Part shown: positions 1 through 12,932 of the stretch, one piece after another
How positions within the stretch are numbered: position 1 is the stretch's first letter
Layout of the letters: every line of letters begins with the position of its first letter
Assembly: GCA_002269645.1 (NCBI GenBank)
Contig: NIVC01002396.1
Coordinates: forward strand, 1 to 64,000
Direction: 5' to 3'
Origin: Macrostomum lignano
Taxonomy: Eukaryota
DNA: 64,000 nt
Program-made: the position numbers and the translations under genes
Notes under the pieces: model-generated
Told to the model about the DNA's origin: nothing
Database searches by the model: none
What the model saw: only the letters and a program-made list of their open reading frames with translations

Positions 1-3000
1 CCGGACAAGCCTGATCTGGAGTTCATTTATCAGCCGCGACAGAACGACCGCGTTTCTGCGCCATCGGGTACCCCAACAGCAGGCACTTGAGAATTGATAT
101 CCACCGCACAACACAACCAGGTGAAGATGCAGCACCTGTTGGCCGAAGTACAAATGAAGACCAGGAATCTGATAAGAACCCGCGTGCACTGGAACCCGAC
201 CTATGCCCTGCTGCACTATTCGACACTGCGAGACCGGCTGCCATCGATGTACGCTGAAGTAAGCGGCTTTGTGCGATCTCTGCGATTCTCCTGCGTGCGA
301 GACCTACTGGCTAAGCTGAGCAGCGACATCGTGCTTCCTGACCTGAGCAGTGCTGCCGACTTTGCCAGCGAGGAGCTGCGATCCATGCATCGCGATGTGG
401 CCTACATGAATGAGCAGTTTGAGCAGATGTATTCGCGCAACGAGTTCTACAGCCGTGACATCTGTCAGTTTGTTCGCAAAACTGCGGCTACCGTTGGTTT
501 CTACACTACCGCCGCGGCCAGGTACAGCTATGCCCGGACAAGCCAGGTCTACCGGCGCAAATTCACGCCGCACATGAGCGCGGCAGTAGCCGGAGCGCGC
601 TACTATGGCGGACAGCTGCACAGAATGGCCAGGGAGCACTACAGCTGGTGCAAAGGCGGGATAAACCGCGCCTACAGAATGTACCGGATGCATTCGGACC
701 GCGTCTACGCCAGCTTGAACCGCCACACCCTGCGATATGTTAATGCGGCCGTAGACACTATTCGGCCAGCTCTAGATGCTGCGCACAGCGGACTACAGGC
801 AACTCTGAGCGCCTACTCAAGCTTTCACAGCAAAGTTGTTGGCCATCCGATGGTTCAGCAGCTTCACAGGCGAGTTGCCAGGTCGGTACAGTTCGTGACC
901 TACCAGTCATTTGGCCAGCTCCCGTCACAACTGCACTCTGTAGCTCTCACAGCTCACCGGAACATCGAGAGTCGATTCGGCCAGCTGACGGACCACACGG
1001 CCAGCATGATCGGCAGCGCCCAGCTCCACATGCGCCAAAGCCTGAACGGCTTCATGGAGAACCGACATGCACAACTAGCCAGCTCTCTGGTTTCCGGAGC
1101 GTACGAACAGTCAAAGTGGTTCCTAGATCACTTCAACATCGAGCAGAATCTGAAGGATTTTGCGAAGGACAACTACCTGCAGGCTGTGGAGTATCTCCGT
1201 CAAAACTCCATCGACTGGCTACCGACTACCTAGGCTTGTCTAAAAATGTCATCATCGAGAAGGACATCCAGCAAGGCCGATTTGAGGCTCAAGTTTACTC
1301 CCCGATGGCGTGGAACGATCTGCAGTCGCTGCCATCATCCGGTCTGAAGGATGTCCACAGCCGGCTCTCCGCCAGCTACAACTCATTTCGCAACTCCTAC
1401 AACACCGTTCGGCGCAAGCTCGCCGCCGCGAGAGACGTCGTCTACGATGCCATCCCAGACTTTGACATGCCGTCCGGCTCCTGGATTCCAAAGTTCAAGG
1501 GCGTCGCCTCTGTGATTGGCGACCACATCGTCACATTCGACGGCGGCACTTCGACTTCCGCGGCAGCGAGTGCACCTACCTGCTGACTAGGGACTTCCGC
1601 GGCCGCAGCTGGGCGATGACCATGACCTACAGTCGGTCCGGCAAGAGCCTGGATGTCTACGCGTACGGAAAGCGCGTCACGGTGACGCCGAAGCTGCACG
1701 TGCTGGTGGATGGCGTTAAACAGGAGCTTCCGTTGAGCGTTGGAAACCTCAGCATTGTGCGCACCGCCTCTGGACTGCACGCCAAGGATCTTGGACACTT
1801 GTTTACCATCTTTGTAGACCCGAGTCGAACTCGCACACGATCAGCGTGTCCGGCTGGTACCACGCTCGGCTTGGAGGCTTGCTGGGCAACTTCGACAATG
1901 AGGCGTTCAACGATCTGACGGAGAGCAACGGCCAACGAAGCGAAGACCTGCTGCGCTTCACCCGATCTTGGCGACTTGGCCGCTGCCGCCACGCCAACCT
2001 GGCCAGTGGCAGCCGCAGACGCGGAGCCGGTGAGCGGCCTCATCCAGAATGCGAGCGCTTGTTCGTCGCGTCTCGCTCTCCGTTCCGACGCTGCTTCGGC
2101 CTGGTAAATCCGGCGCCGTTTATGGAGATCTGCGCGCACGAGCGTCGCTCCGGAGGCCAGCAGACCTGCTTGGCAGCCGTGGCCTACATGCGCCACTGCG
2201 CCGCCAAGGGTTTCAGGGGGTTGCAGGCGCCCGCCCAGTGCACTCGCTGCGATCTCCGCTCTGGCACTGGCTTTCGTCAGCTCTTGGCCGGCCAGCGAGA
2301 GCGCATCAGCTCCACCGGGACAGCGGCCGACGTTGTGATCGTGCTGGAGGAGCGCGGCTGTCTTGGCCGCGACACCGTGCGCCGCCTGCCGGAACTGGCC
2401 GCCCAGATGCGGAGCAGCCTGGTCGCCGCCGGCGTCTCTGACGTCCGCTTCGGCCTGCTGGGCTTCGGGAACCCGGCGCACACAGGCGCGGATCCAGCGC
2501 CCGGCCGCACTGGCACACCATGGCCGGCGAACTGACCGGCAGCGCCGACCAGCTGGCCGCCGCGCTAGCCGCCGTTGAGACCCATGACATCGCCGACGCT
2601 GGCGCCGAAGCCCGCGCCGACGCTCTCGACGCAGTCCGGCTGGCGGCTCGCTTCCCGGAACTCCGGCCACACGCAGCCCGTCATGTGATCCTCGTGACCT
2701 GCGACGAGTGCCACGAGGGCCGCCGGACGCTGCAGTCGGTACGACGCGCCCTGGACGAGTCCGGAGTCCGGCTGCACCTGCTGGCCGAGCTGCGCCTGCC
2801 CACTTTCGCCTACGGCCGTCGGTCGCAGGCGTTCGGCGTCGACGCCGGGCGCGCCTTCTCGACCGAGGCGCCGGAGGGCAGCGCGGTGCTGCACGGCTTC
2901 ACCCGCCTGCCCACCGGCAAGTGCGCCCGTCTGGCGGCCGGCAGCGGCGGCACCGCCTTTGACCTGCGCTACCTGCGCCGGCGCCAGTACGGCAGCCAGG

Positions 3001-3134
3001 CGACGCTTTTCGCGCGCTCCTTTGCCGACAGACTGGCGCGAGACAGCGCGCACCCAGCCGCGCAGGAGTGCCAGTGCGGCGCCAGCGGCTGCGGCCAGAG
3101 TGCCCGACTACGCTGCCGACGCACTGGCGAATGA
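1..3134 (+). CDS. 3' part of an apolipophorin / large lipid transfer protein-like gene (helical region, VWD, C8, vWA-like C-terminus), broken by frameshifts
   Basis: ORFs 94-1233, 1116-1586, 1616-1918, 1846-2535 and 2520-3134 join by successive -1 shifts. VWD motifs GDHIVTFDG..(R)HFDFRGSECTYLLTRDF and SVSGWYHARLGGLLGNFDNE; C8-like CFGLVNPAPFMEIC...CLAAVAYMRHC; vWA-like DVVIVLEE...VRFGLLGFG. This architecture is known from apolipophorin/LTP proteins. Truncated at the window start. Confidence 0.8.
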
Positions 3135-4986
3135 CGAGACGGATTACTTGACAGACTCTGTCGATCGCAAATGAAAAAACTCACACTGACCGTTCATTGC
3201 AATGCTGATCAATCCAGATTGCCCCTCACTTGAGCTGTGAGCACGATTATAGACGCTAAAAATAGCATCCTTGAAGCAGAGTTTGGCAAGTAAAACAAAT
3301 TTATAATCAATGTCAATGATAAACTATAGCTTAAACTACAGATAAAAGCCAAAAAACAGCTCTAGGCAAGTGCTCAAGCTCAAACGGGTAAAACATTGAA
3401 CAAAAAAATTCGCTTGCTCAAGACCTTCAATAGTACGAGCGTTCGCATCGACATTCATTTAAGTCGATTTTGTTTAAAAAATACATTTCTTAATCCGCAC
3501 TTCTTCATATTAAATCCATTGTTGACGAATTCATTTCGTACTAATCGTTTATAGTCATGCAAAATAAATGACCTATTTTGTTACTGAGTTAGTCATTTTT
3601 CTGCGGCATGAATTTTAGTTCAACTGTTGTGGGGCACTGAATAGAGTTCGGCCATAGACAAAATCGGTTGAGAAATAACCAACCCTCAAGTTGGAATTTT
3701 TAATCGATAATGGAGCTAAAAAATGGCGCACCTCGGTCCAAATTCCATCCAGCATGCCGATTTCTCCTGTTAATCCTAGCAGGGCCCTGGAAATCTTACC
3801 AGCGGCTGTGAGTCAGCTGACTTTGGCTGACTCGGTGCAGATAAATGCTGCAGAACAGTTTTTAGAGGTCAAAATTGCTGCAGCACACCATGCTGCAGTT
3901 CCAGGGGCAGTCATGTGATCGTATTTTACACAACTAAACGATTCACACCTTTAATTGCAACAAAAATCTCATTGTATTTGTAAACAGCAACATTCAGTAT
4001 GCATTTGAATTCGCAATCTGAACAGCTGAATAGAAGATAAACAAAAAACTTTTCAGCCTTCGGGGACAGTCAAGCTTTGGTGAACCCAAACTGACCTGCT
4101 GTAGGTAGATAATAACATCACAGTTTAGCATAAATTTTGCTGATTTAAAATTAACCAATACACCTTTATTGCCCTTCATTTGTGCAATTCCGGTGCTTTT
4201 CGTACGAATTTTCGGTGCAAAACATTCTAAACTCAGATGTTTATCTGCAGTTCATCGTTCAAATTTTCTTCGTCACAAATGGCGGCAGATTTTTACGCCT
4301 ATCGCAAAATTTATTTGCCACACCCGGCGCGCTCTACTGATTTCAGTAGACGAAATCTATATAGCTGAAAAAAATGTCAAAAATCCGAATGAAAACACAA
4401 AGAATTTGAGCGCCTGATTTTTTTCTAGAAAAAACTTTTTCTTTACCAGACGCTTCTCTGAATCAATATATATTATAGTAGCTATTCCTTTTTGCGGCCT
4501 AGTTGGTACTGCAAGCTTTCAATCTAATCATAGATTCGGAAATCAGGCTTGCGAGACTGAAAATTTTCTGTCTATGGTCGATATAATTCGTCCACGGTTA
4601 ATATAAATTAATACACAAACTATAAGTAGCCATTGTGAATTGTTTTTATTTTGAGAGAGTTGGCAAAACACGCAGTCAAGTCGGCGCTCTCTGTTGGCGG
4701 CTCGCTCAGCCACCACCAGAGAGACAATGAATGCACAGCTTCAACTGCAGACTGTCTACCCGCCGCCAACCACTAAAGGCTGGCAGAATGACATTATTTA
4801 ATTATCTTCACCTTTCCAACGTTTCCACACCGAATGGGGTGGGGTGTAGTCTGGCTGCTTTAACGTCATACTCGCATATATAAATATATGAATATGTTTG
4901 TAAACAGCTATTTCTACGAGCTAGCTAGCTGTGAATTTCACAGACTCTTTCCCAGTAACAACTGTTTATACTGAGCCTCTGCCGAA

Positions 4987-7118
4987 ATGCCTGAGTTCAC
5001 TTCAGATCCGGCTCTGCAGAGTCACGTCTCATACACGGTGAGATTGACTGCTCTTCTCGAGTCTACCCGCTCTAATCTCTTCTCGAGTCTACCTGATCTC
5101 TTCTCGAGTCTACCCGCTCTAATCTCTTCTCGAGTCTACCTGCTCTCTTCTCGAGTCTACCTGATCTCTTCTCGAGTCTACCCGCTCTAATCTCTTCTCG
5201 AGTCTACCTGATCTCTTCTCGAGTCTACCCGCTCTGATCTCTTCTCGAGTCTACCTGCTCTCTTCTCGAGTCTACCTGATCTCTTCTCGAGTCTACCCGC
5301 TCTAATCTCTTCTCGAGTCTACCTGCTCTCTTCTCGAGTCTACCTGATCTCTTCTCGAGTCTACCCGATCTCTTCTCGAGTCTACCCGCTCTCTTCTCGA
5401 TTCTAACCGCTCTGATCTCTTCTCGAGTCTACCCGCTCTGACCTCTTGCACCACAGGCTCAGCCACTGAGTCGTCAAGAAGCGTCGCGCCTCGGTGACGG
5501 CCTTCGCCTCGGCGGATCTGCCGCTGCCGCCGCAGTCCGCGAGCTGCTGCAGCTGCTGCCCGCCTCCTCGTTAGCTGAGTGCCGCGGCGACAACGGCTGG
5601 ACGCCGCTGCACTACTGCGCCCTTGGCGGTGACGCCTCCGCCGATGCCGCCGCCGAGCTGCTGGCAGCCGGCGCCGATCCCGACGTTTTTGACGACTCCG
5701 GCTGGACGCCGCTGCACCAGTCGGCGGACAAGAACTCCTTGCGGGTGGCCGCGGAGCTGCTGTCCCACCCGTCCTGTCAGCCGGACAGACGGTCGGCTGA
5801 AGGCCGGACGCCGATGTCGCTGGCCGCGGAGTCCTGGCGCGGCAGCATCCGGATCGTGCGGCTGCTGCTGACGGCCGGGTCGACTGCCGAGGCGGCTGCC
5901 GAAGCTGCCAAGGTGGCCGAGCTGACCGCGGCCGCGCTGCCTTCGTCCTGCGGAAAGTCGGGCATGGCACGGCTGTTGCGGGCGGCGGCCAGAAGCTGGA
6001 AGCCGGCGGAGGACAGGTGAGCCCCTTGCAGGCTTTTTTACAGACTCTTACAGACAATTTTACAGACTTTTACAAACTCACCCGATCTGACAGACACTGC
6101 CCCGATCTGACAGGCACTGCCCCGATCTGACAGACCCTGCCCCGATCTGACAGACCCTGCCCCGATCTGACAGACCCTGCCCCGATCTGACAGACCCTGC
6201 CCCGATCTGACAGACACTGCCACGATCTGACAGACACTGTCCCGATCTGACAGACACTGCCCTGATCTGACAGACACTGCTCCAATCTGAGAGACCCTGC
6301 CCCAATCTGACAGACCCTGCCCCAATCTGAGAGACACTGCCCCGATCTGAGAGACACTGCCCCGATCTGACAGACACTGCCCCGATCTGACAGACACTGC
6401 TCCAATCTGAGAGACACTGCCCCGATCTGAGAGACCCTGCCCCGATCTGAGAGACACTGCCCCGATCTGACAGACACTGCCCCGATCTGACAGACACTGC
6501 CCCGATCTGAGTTTCAGCACTCAAGCGCGAGTCGCTCGCATGTCACCAAGGAAACGTGCACCAACAGCCCCGTTGCGCAGTCCGTTCGGTTGCGGCTGTC
6601 GCGGCGAGACAAACTGCACTACTGGCAGTAGTGCGCAAAACAAATTAAAAGACGACAGCAAAAAAGACGATGCCAGCAGCGTTGGCAGTGGCGGCAGCGG
6701 CAGCTTCGAGTGCGGCTGCACCAATGCCGTGGTCAGCCTCAGCTGCCGTCAGTGCGCAGCTCACCTGCTCATTCGACGTCTGACTGCGGCGTCGGCGGTG
6801 GCGAACTGCCCGACTGTGGGCGACTGGTGCCGGGAGCTGACGGAGGCCAGCCCGAAGCTGCCCGGACCTCGGAAGCTCGTGGCGCAGCACCTCAAGAGGT
6901 GCCGCAGCAGCCGGCGGCTCCTGGCCGAGGAGGAGGAAAACGGCGTTGATGACGAAGCGAAGGCGAGCAGCAGGACCTGGCGGGTGCGCATTCTGGCGCG
7001 CTCGGAGTCGCCCGATGAGCTCGAGCTGATGGAGAAGATTCTGGCCGGCCGGTTTGCAGCGTTGGTGTCAGCCAGGGGTTCGATTTTTCAACGGGGCGAC
7101 GCTTGGATGGACAAGTAG
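4987..7118 (+). CDS. Three-exon ankyrin-repeat protein with a Cys-rich, GIY-YIG-like C-terminal domain
   Basis: Exons 4987-5037 (donor GTGAGA, phase 0), 5457-6016 (acceptor CACAG, donor GTGAGC, phase 2) and 6518-7118 (acceptor TTTCAG); phases are consistent. Ankyrin motifs NGWTPLHYCA, SGWTPLHQSA, EGRTPMSLAA. Confidence 0.8.
5050..5440 (+). repeat. Intronic minisatellite, 21-26 bp unit (CTCT[A/G]ATCTCTTCTCGAGTCTACCCG)
   Basis: Tandem copies fill intron 1 of the ankyrin gene. Confidence 0.9.
6085..6510 (+). repeat. Intronic minisatellite, 20 bp unit (CAGACACTGCCCCGATCTGA)
   Basis: About 21 tandem copies in intron 2, ending 7 nt before the end of the intron. Confidence 0.92.
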
Positions 7119-7134
7119 TAGAAATGAGATGCCA

Positions 7135-8240
7135 ATGACCGATACATGTTCTATCTGGCTATGACCGATACATGACCTGTCTATATGACCGATACATGAC
7201 CTGTCTATATGACCGATACATGACCTGTCTATATGACCGATACATGACCTGTCTATATGACCGATACATGACCTGTCTATATGACCGATACATGACCTGT
7301 CTATATGACCGATACATGACCTGTCTATATGACCGATACATGACCTGTCTATATGACCGATACATGACCTGTCTATATGACCGATACATGACCTGTCTAT
7401 ATGACCGATACATGACCTGTCTATATGACCGATACATGACCTGTCTATATGACCGATACATGACCTGTCTATATGACCGATACATGACCTGTCTATATGA
7501 CCGATACATGACCTGTCTATATGACCGATACATGACCTGTCTATATGACCGATACATGACCTGTCTATATGACCGATACATGACCTGTCTATATGACGAT
7601 ACATGACCTGTCTATATGACCGATACATGACCTGTCTATATGAACGATACATGACCTGTCTATATGACCGATACATGACCTGTCTATATGACCGATACAT
7701 GACCTGTCTATATGACCGATACATGACCTGTCTATATGACCGATACATGACCTGTCTATATGACCGATACATGACCTGTCTATATGACCGATACATGACC
7801 TGTCTATATGACCGATACATGACCTGTCTATATGACCGATACATGACCTGTCTATATGACCGATACATGACCTGTCTATATGACCGATACATGACCTGTC
7901 TATATGGCCGATACATGACCTGTCTATATGACCGATACATGACCTGTCTATATGACCGATACATGACCTGTCTATATGACCGATACATGACCTGTCTATA
8001 TGACCGATACATGACCTGTCTATATGACCGATACATGACCTGTCTATATGACCGATACATGACCTGTCTATATGACCGATACATGACCTGTCTATATGGC
8101 CGATACATGACCTATCTATATGACCGATACATGACCTATCTATATGACCGATACATGACCTGTCTATGACCGATATCTGAACTGTCTATATGACCGATAC
8201 ATGACCTGTTTATATGACCGATACATGTCCTATCTATATG
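7135..8240 (+). repeat. Minisatellite, 24 bp unit (ATGACCGATACATGACCTGTCTAT)
   Basis: About 44 near-identical tandem copies directly after the ankyrin gene stop. Confidence 0.95.
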
Positions 8241-8797
8241 ATGACCGATGCATGATCGGTATATTACTATAGCGTGATCTAACTGATGCAAGACCTAATG
8301 AGCGACACAATACTCATTTAAGAAAAATATAAATGAAATGAAGCAGAAAAAACCCAAAAGGCTTAAGAGGAATCGAGCGCAGAGCTTCAGTCCGGTGAAA
8401 AACAACATTTTGATAAGACCTGTGAAACACATTTCTACGCTTAGCAGGACATCCGGTGTGTCATTTGTCTTTTTGTTGTTTTTCGTCAGACTTTCTGTGC
8501 TCGAAGAGGTGCCCCAGCTATGCTGCTATCTTGAACCCGCGGCCTGAACGCATTCGATTTCTAAAGTTTTTTTCGAGCAGTTGTAAAATTTTTGCCGACA
8601 GAAGCTCAGCTATGAGAAGCAAAAGCTTGCACAGAGCAGTTCTTATCTCAAATCCTTGCCGAATTCTTTCAACTTTCGACTCACCAAACAGATAAGACGA
8701 AATCGGGTCTCCATGGCAACCGCGAAAGCCGAGAGCTCAAAAGGGCAGAAAAATTGCCAAACCCGAGAGCAGGTTGACTTAGTTGAATTTTTTTAGA

Positions 8798-11407
8798 ATG
8801 CAATTTCTTTCAGTTTCTGTGCCGCTGCTGTTGCTGCTTCTATGGGCAGCCTCGGCAGCCAGCAAGAACAGGTGCGACAGCTTGGGCAGCAACAGCGAAG
8901 GCTGGATTCTCCACTCGGGCAGCTGCTACCGCTGGACCGAGTCGCCAGACTACTGGTACACCGCCGAGCAGGCCTGCAAAGCCGAGGACGGCCACCTGGT
9001 GTCCATCGGCAGCCAGACGGAGAACACCTTGGTCGGCAGGCTCACCTACTGCCGGACAGCCTGGCTCGGCCGCTACGGCACCCACGCCGACCGCCTCAAC
9101 GACTCGGCCAGCTACCGGTGGACGGACGGCAGTTCTGCCGTGGCGTTCCAGCGACACGACTTCGCCAAGCTCTACTCGCCGCACCAGCCGCTGGTGACTG
9201 CTGAAAATCTGGTTTGGCTGAACAATCTCTATCACGACAGGCAGGGCTATGTCTGCAAGGCCCCGGTTGCCAGGCAGGCTAAGACCGATTCGAACCCCCC
9301 ACCGCCAGGGCCTGCGTGCCCGAGTGGCTGGTACAGTTTTGGTGACTATTGCTACCAGCAACCCGGCTTCAAGGCCACTTATATTGAGGCCGATTTCTTC
9401 TGTGCTGGAAGACAGGTCAGCCACTGACTGAGTACTGACCTCCTGACTCCCTGACCCCCTGACCTCCCGACTCCCTGGCCTCCTGACTCCCTGACCTCCT
9501 GACTCCCTGACCTCCTGACCTCCTGACTCCCTGACTCCCTGACCTCCTGACTCCCTGACTCCCTGACCCCCTGACCTCCTGACTCCCTAACCTCCTGACC
9601 TCCTGACTCCCTGACCTCCTGACTCCCTGACCCTCTGACCTCCTGACTCCCTGACCTCCTGACTCCCTGACCTCCTGACTCCCTGACCTCCTGACTCCCT
9701 GACCTCCTGACTCCCTGACCTGACTCCTTGACCTCCTGACTCCTTGACCTCCTGACTACCTGACCTCCTGACTCCCTGACCTCCTGACTCCCTGACCTCC
9801 TGACTCTCCACAATGACATCCTGACCCACTACCTACCCTTCTGACCCTCCATCATCGTCGCTGATCCAAACTCGACCCCCGCAGGCCCACGTGGTCTCTG
9901 TCCACACCGAGTCGGAGCTCCGCCTGCTCAGTCTGCTGGACCTCAGCGAGCCCATCTGCTCAGTGGAGCTCTGGCTGGGCCTGGTAAAGCTCAATCCCTG
10001 CCGAGTCGACTATTTCAACGGCCGCAAGCAGCAGATCTGCTACCACTGGGCCGACAGATCCGGCGATCATCGGGGCTTCCCAGTCTGGGCAGCCGGCCAC
10101 CCGAAGACCGACTTGGTAACCAACTGCGTGCTGCTGCGCGACCGGAACCTGCTCTCTGCACCCTGCCATCTGAGGCGGAACTTCATCTGCAAGCGGCCGA
10201 GGTCCGGCCTGCCGCCCACGCAGCCGCCGACGCAGCCACCGACGCAGCCACCGACGCAGCCACCGACGCAGCCACCGACGCAGCCACCGACGCAGCCGCC
10301 GACGCAGCCACCGACGCAGCCACCGACGCAGCCACCGACGCAGCCGCCCACGCAACCACCGACGCAGCCGCCCACGCAACTACCGACACAGCCGCCGACG
10401 CAGCGACCGACGCAGCCGCCCACGCAACCACCGACGCAGCCGCCCACGCAGCCGCCCACACCCCCGGAATGGCCAATTCCGGCCGCCTACGATTTCCGCC
10501 GTCAGGATTCGCCCGGAGGCAACCTGGCCAGGCCCGGCCACTACCGGGTGCTGAGCTGGGGCGACGCTGTCCTGGTCGGAGGCGCGCGAGGCGCCGTGCT
10601 GAATGGGTCGAGGGGCATTCAGATTGATACCGAGGGCGGCGCACTGACAAGGTGAGAGAGTGCAGGGAAAGAAGTTTCCACTTACATGTCCCTCGAGCCT
10701 CTGTATTAAGGAGTTCTAAAATTAGCAATCAAAGAACATAGTTGCTAATTAAAGAACTCCTTGCTCTGTAGGAACAGCGTCGTTACGTGTGTATGTAATT
10801 AATTTGGTTCAGCGCCTGAGGATGAAACGACTTTGGATGTCTATGGCCATAAAGGGTATTGATGCTAGGCAATCCGCGTCATGCAACTTCCAGCTCCCCT
10901 TGGCAAACACTGCTCCTGCTCTCCATCCTCCATAGGCAGCTGAAGCAGAACCGTGACTGGTCGCTGTTCTACTACGTTCAGCGGCCAGCAGAGTACGACT
11001 CGCTCCTGGCCGACGTCAGCGGCCCAGCCGGGGAGCCCGGCCTCGCCCTCGTGGAGAACCCCCGCAGCACGGACCTGTCCATGTACAGCAGCGCCGGCTA
11101 CTTCCGAGACGAGTCCGACCCGGCCAAGGACTCCGCCGGCTCGCCCGATCCAGCCGGCTTGCGCGGCGCCGTCGTGATGTCGTCAACTGGACGAGCCACC
11201 TTCTATCGGAACAGCGTCGACGCGTCGTCCCATTCGCCGGCTACGTCGAACCATCGCTACCCGGACCGCGACAGCCTGCTGGTGCTGGGCAACGCCTTCC
11301 AGTCCGCGCTGCCCGGCTACCGCGGCTGGCTCGCCTGCTTCGGCGTGGCCCACGTCGCCCTCACCAAGCCGGAACTGGACGAGGCTTTTAAGAAGTACTG
11401 CCCGTGA
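8798..11407 (+). CDS. Secreted protein: signal peptide, two C-type lectin domains, PTQP-repeat stalk, LamG/concanavalin-like C-terminal domain
   Basis: Exons 8798-9415, 9885-10651 and 10936-11407 with consistent phases (0, 2). Hydrophobic leader MQFLSVSVPLLLLLLWAASA; CTLD motifs CY.W...W..AEQAC...GHLVSIGS..EN and WYSFGDYCY...C...AHVVSVHTESE...LWLGL...W....C..RRNFICKR; about 18 PTQP repeats. The LamG call is tentative. Confidence 0.82.
9436..9806 (+). repeat. Intronic minisatellite, about 17 bp unit (CTGACCTCCTGACTCC)
   Basis: Fills intron 1 of the lectin gene. Confidence 0.9.
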
Positions 11408-11899
11408 CCTGAACTGATAGATTAGTGATGGACAGACCGACTACTCAAGTGGAAGGACGCTGTACTCGCAGATTGTGCCAAAATGCAAGTGAAATTGACA
11501 CGTAGCTCAGTGCAAAGCAGAGTAGATCAGATTGTAAATGTCTGACGATTAGAAGACCCAGGGCCCCTGTGTTGACATGTCGTGTGCGAATGGAATTAGA
11601 CTGTTCGGATTGACAGAATGGGATGAGAGATAGCCTACTTCATTTTTCTCCAATTAGCACTTAGCAACGTGAGCCAGTCTTGAGTAATAATTCGCACGAT
11701 TCGCGAGTGCATCAAGCGCTATTCTGCAATTTTATCTGTCCATGTATTTAAGCGGTCTTTACAAGCAACTTGAATTGTTATCGGGAAATTGTGTAGCAGA
11801 CATCCCGCTTTAATTGACGATAGGACTTCCTGGTAAATCTTAATGATACATATACGAGATTTAGCATTACTGATTTGTACTTTACATTTTAATAACGGC

Positions 11900-12932
11900 A
11901 ATTACCTGTTCAACCCTGGGTCATAGTGACACCTGTTCAACCCTGGGTCATAGTGACACCTGTTCAACCCTGGGTCATAGTGACACCTGTTCTACCCTGG
12001 GTCATAGTGACACCTGTTCAACCCTGGGTCATAGTGACACCTCTTCAACCCTGGGTCATAGTGACACCTGTTCTACCCTGGGTCATAGTGACACCTGTTC
12101 AACCCTGGGTCATAGTGACACCTGTTCAACCCTGGGTCATAGTGACACCTGTTCTACCCTGGGTCATAGTGACACCTGTTCAACCCTGGGTCATAGTGAC
12201 ACCTCTTCAACCCTGGGTCATAGTGACACCTGTTCTACCCTGGGTCATAGTGACACCTGTTCTACCCTGGGTCATAGTGACACCTCTTCAACCCTGGGTC
12301 ATAGTGACACCTGTTCTACCCTGGGTCATAGTGACACCTGTTCTACCCTGGGTCATAGTGACACCTGTTCTACCCTGGGTCATAGTGACACCTGTTCTAC
12401 CTGGGTCATAGTGACACCTGTTCTACCTGGGTCATAGTGACACCTGTTCTACCTGGGTCATAGTGACACCTGTTCAACCCTGGGTCATAGTGACACCTGT
12501 TCTACCCTGGGTCATAGTGACACCTGTTCTACCTGGGTCATAGTGACACCTGTTCTACCTGGGTCATAGTGACACCTGTTCTACCTGGGTCATAGTGGCA
12601 CCTGTTCAACCCTGGGTCATAGTGACACCTGTTCAACCCTGGGTCATAGTGACACCTGTTCAACCCTGGGTCATAGTGGCACCTGTCCAACCCTGGGTCA
12701 TAGTGACACCTGTTCAACCCTGGGTCATAGTGGCACCTGTTCAACCCTGGGTCATAGTGACACCTGTTCAACCCTGGGTCATAGTGGCACCTGTTCAACC
12801 CTGGGTCATAGTGGCACCTGTTCAACCCTGGGTCATAGTGACACCTGTTCAACCCAGGGTCATAGTGGCACCTGTTCAACCCTGGGTCATAGTGACACCT
12901 GTTCAACCCAGGGTCATAGTGGCACCTGTTTA
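11900..12932 (+). repeat. Minisatellite, 27 bp unit (GTCATAGTGACACCTGTTCAACCCTGG)
   Basis: About 38 tandem copies with a few recurring variants. Confidence 0.95.

Noticed and set aside
3431-3543. 8-bp inverted repeat TAGTACGA/TCGTACTA enclosing 113 bp
   Set aside because: Too short to tell from chance without multi-copy evidence.
7068-8169. Long ORFs of repeated peptides (MYRSYRQV, MTCLYDRY)
   Set aside because: Products of a stop-free 24-bp tandem repeat read in several frames on both strands; no unique coding context.
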